A DNA stretch of 64,000 nt, taken from the NCBI GenBank assembly GCA_965243025.1, contig CBDETY010000003.1, positions 4,864,001 to 4,928,000 of the forward strand, read 5' to 3'. A model generated the notes under the pieces. The model did no database searches. It was not told the DNA's origin and saw only the letters and a list, made by a program, of their open reading frames with translations. Source of the DNA: Candidatus Latescibacterota bacterium (lineage in GTDB: Bacteria > Latescibacterota > UBA2968 > UBA8231). Both the position numbers and the translations under genes were made by a program. Shown in pieces: positions 61,674 through 64,000 of the stretch; the first letter of the stretch is position 1, and the number at the start of each line of letters is the position of its first letter.

Positions 61674-62831
61674 ATGAAAATCCACGAATTCCAGGCGAAA
61701 AAGCTGCTGCGCAACTACGGAGTCCCGGTGCCTCAGGGGGGCGTTGCGGACACACCAGAAGGCGCCGCACGGATTGCCGCCGACCTGGGAGGCCGAGTCG
61801 TGGTAAAGGCACAGATTCACGCGGGAGGTCGCGGGAAAGGGGGTGGCATCACGGCAGCTGACAATGCCGCGGCGGCGCATCGAACGGCTGAGCGGATCAT
61901 CGGCATGCAGCTGGTTACCCACCAGACCGGACCGGAAGGCCAGCGGGTCAAACAAGTGCTGGTGGAAAAAGCCAGCGACATCGCCAGGGAATTCTACCTC
62001 GGGATAACCCTGGACCGGACGCAGTCCAAGGTGGTGGTCATGGCCAGCACCGAGGGCGGGATGGAGATAGAGCAGGTCGCCGCCCGAACGCCGGAGAAAA
62101 TCCTCTCGGAAACCGTGGATCCTGCCACGGGCCTGCTTCCCTTTCAGGCGTCACGTCTCGCATTCGGACTTGGTTTGAGCGGCGCGGCGGTCCGCCAGGC
62201 CTCCCGGTTCATCCTCGGGCTGCACGAGATGTACCGGGCTGAGGATTGCTCGCTGGCCGAGGTCAATCCGTTGGTCCTTACCAGCGAGGGTGAGCTTCTG
62301 GCGCTGGACGCGAAGGTAAACTTCGATGACAACGGGTCCTTTCGACACCGGGACCACGGCGACCTGCGCGACCTCGACGAGGAAGAAGGCCTGGAAGTCG
62401 AGGCATCGAAACACGGCTTGAACTACATAAAGCTCGACGGCGACATCGGCTGCATGGTGAACGGTGCAGGCCTTGCCATGGCGACGATGGACATCATCAA
62501 ACTCGCCGGCGGCAGACCGGCCAACTTTCTCGATGTGGGCGGCGGCGCCAGCGCCGAGACCGTGGAAAACGGATTCCGGATTCTGCTGTCCGACCCGAAC
62601 GTAAAAGCAATCCTGATCAACATCTTCGGCGGTATCGTTCGGTGTGACCGGGTGGCCGATGGTGTTATCGAGGCGCGAAAAAAGATCGACATACAGGTGC
62701 CGGTCGTGGTCCGGTTGGCTGGAACGAATGCAGAAGAAGCTGCGGGAAGGCTGCGGGAATCCGGGCTGGATTTCACTGTCGGCAACAGTTTGAGGGACGC
62801 CGCGGAGAAAGCCGTGAGGTTGCTGACGTGA
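61674..62831 (+). CDS. sucC: Succinyl-CoA synthetase beta subunit
   Basis: [37 protein letters not shown]. Confidence 0.97.
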   Translation: MKIHEFQAKKLLRNYGVPVPQGGVADTPEGAARIAADLGGRVVVKAQIHAGGRGKGGGITAADNAAAAHRTAERIIGMQLVTHQTGPEGQRVKQVLVEKASDIAREFYLGITLDRTQSKVVVMASTEGGMEIEQVAARTPEKILSETVDPATGLLPFQASRLAFGLGLSGAAVRQASRFILGLHEMYRAEDCSLAEVNPLVLTSEGELLALDAKVNFDDNGSFRHRDHGDLRDLDEEEGLEVEASKHGLNYIKLDGDIGCMVNGAGLAMATMDIIKLAGGRPANFLDVGGGASAETVENGFRILLSDPNVKAILINIFGGIVRCDRVADGVIEARKKIDIQVPVVVRLAGTNAEEAAGRLRESGLDFTVGNSLRDAAEKAVRLLT

Positions 62832-63703
62832 GCATTCTCGTCGGTGAGGACACCCGCGTCTTCGTGCAGGGAATCACCGGTTCGGAGGGCTCCTTCCATA
62901 CCCGGCAGATGATCGAGTACGGAACGCAGGTTGTCGGGGGCGCGACTCCCGGAAAAGGTGGCCAGGAGTTTGCCGGACTGCCGGTTTTCAATACAGTGGC
63001 CGAGGGGGTCCGGGATACCGGCGCAACCGCATCGATCATCTTCGTTCCGGCGCCTTATGCAGCCGATGCCATCATGGAAGCAGCCGATGCCGGAATCGAG
63101 CTGGTTGTCTGTATCTCGGAAAACATCCCCGTGCGTGACATGGTCAGTGCATACCACTACGTGGCGAGGCGGTCGACGCGGCTGATCGGTCCCAACTGTC
63201 CCGGGATCATATCACCCGGAAAGTGCAAGATCGGGATCATGCCGGGGTTCATTCACAAGAGGGGGAGAATCGGTGTCGTATCCCGCAGCGGAACCCTCAC
63301 CTACGAAGCGGTGGACCAGCTCACCCGACTGGGGCACGGCCAGTCGACGTGCATCGGCATTGGGGGTGATCCTGTTATCGGAACTCGCTTTATCGACGCG
63401 TTCAAACTGTTCCGGGAGGATGACGAGACCGACGCGGTGGTGATGATCGGTGAAATCGGGGGAAACGACGAAGAAGAGGCCGCCGAGTACGTTCGCCGGT
63501 ATTTGGAGAAACCGGTCATCGGCTTCATAGCGGGCCGCACCGCACCTCCCGGTCGCCGCATGGGCCACGCCGGGGCAATTATCTCAGGCGGCAAAGGTAC
63601 TGCAGACGAAAAGATGAAAGTGCTCGAGACGGCCGGAGTCAGCGTATGCCAGAGTCCGGCCGAAATCGGGAATGCTGTAGTTCAGGCGCTGGCATCAACT
63701 TAG
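62828..63703 (+). CDS. sucD: Succinyl-CoA synthetase alpha subunit
   Basis: QGITG, GPNCPG, RMGHAGA. Confidence 0.97.
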   Translation: MSILVGEDTRVFVQGITGSEGSFHTRQMIEYGTQVVGGATPGKGGQEFAGLPVFNTVAEGVRDTGATASIIFVPAPYAADAIMEAADAGIELVVCISENIPVRDMVSAYHYVARRSTRLIGPNCPGIISPGKCKIGIMPGFIHKRGRIGVVSRSGTLTYEAVDQLTRLGHGQSTCIGIGGDPVIGTRFIDAFKLFREDDETDAVVMIGEIGGNDEEEAAEYVRRYLEKPVIGFIAGRTAPPGRRMGHAGAIISGGKGTADEKMKVLETAGVSVCQSPAEIGNAVVQALAST

Positions 63704-63795
63704 TGCCGACCGCCGCCGCATCCTGGGGGGAAGAGCGGTCCAATTCCGGTTCGCCGCGATGCCTTCGCGCCCAAGGGACTACGGAACCGGGCGCG

Positions 63796-64000
63796 CTACC
63801 CGGGTGAGGTCAGGAAGTGCAACTTGCGGTTGTGGCAAGTCATGCACGTAATGCCATCCACCCCCTCCGGCAGGGCAACCACACCTGTATAGCTCTGTGC
63901 CACAACACCCTCCGGCAGATCTTCACCCTCCTTCAACGCCGCCCCGGTTGTTGCTGTAAGGTGAATGCCCGCGTTTTCGCCCGAGGAGACGTACTTGGCG
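63796..64000 (-). CDS. 3' end of a c-type cytochrome (partial)
   Basis: Manual translation ...PEGVDGITCMTCHNRKLHFLTSPG* contains a CxxCH heme motif; not in the ORF track. Confidence 0.6.
   Translation of the reverse strand, partial: AKYVSSGENAGIHLTATTGAALKEGEDLPEGVVAQSYTGVVALPEGVDGITCMTCHNRKLHFLTSPG

Noticed and set aside
63795-63830. SRP-RNA-like GTCAGGAAG motif
   Set aside because: It lacks the full TCAGG-N-GGAA-N-AGCAG helix 8 and is better explained as the minus-strand cytochrome CDS.

Overview
A GC-rich bacterial chromosome segment spanning the probable replication origin. The right half (about 38-64 kb) is core genome: three tRNAs, gyrA-gyrB-dciA-recF-dnaN-[oriC]-dnaA, then divergently rpmH-rnpA-yidD-yidC-mnmE-[2 parS]-rsmG, a pgsA-like gene, tmk, an S41 protease, an RNase E/G gene, rplU-rpmA, E. 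coli-type frdABCD, sucCD and the 3' end of a CxxCH cytochrome. The left half (1-38 kb) is mostly catabolic and transport genes: a K+ channel, a ThDP enzyme, three PhyH dioxygenases, two Gfo/Idh/MocA oxidoreductases, a split polyamine-type ABC operon, a sugar ABC transporter, purM, lysC, fumC, a vapBC pair, a class II Fic protein and small MITE-like repeats. The YPNPFN/FlgD C-terminal domain and the PhyH/Gfo expansion suggest a Latescibacterota/Gemmatimonadota-like organism (inference). The most unusual observations are: (1) an NCS2 permease with a rewritten substrate site fused to a degenerate RsbW-like domain, convergent with a SulP-STAS gene inside the pot operon, which may be a transceptor or partner-switching module; (2) a dense DnaA-box cluster about 22 kb from dnaA, overlapping the end of a VapC that lacks a catalytic Asp; (3) a gyrase with non-canonical quinolone-pocket residues in both subunits; (4) two MITE families and two long structured-RNA candidates. 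All calls come from reading motifs by eye; no searches were run.
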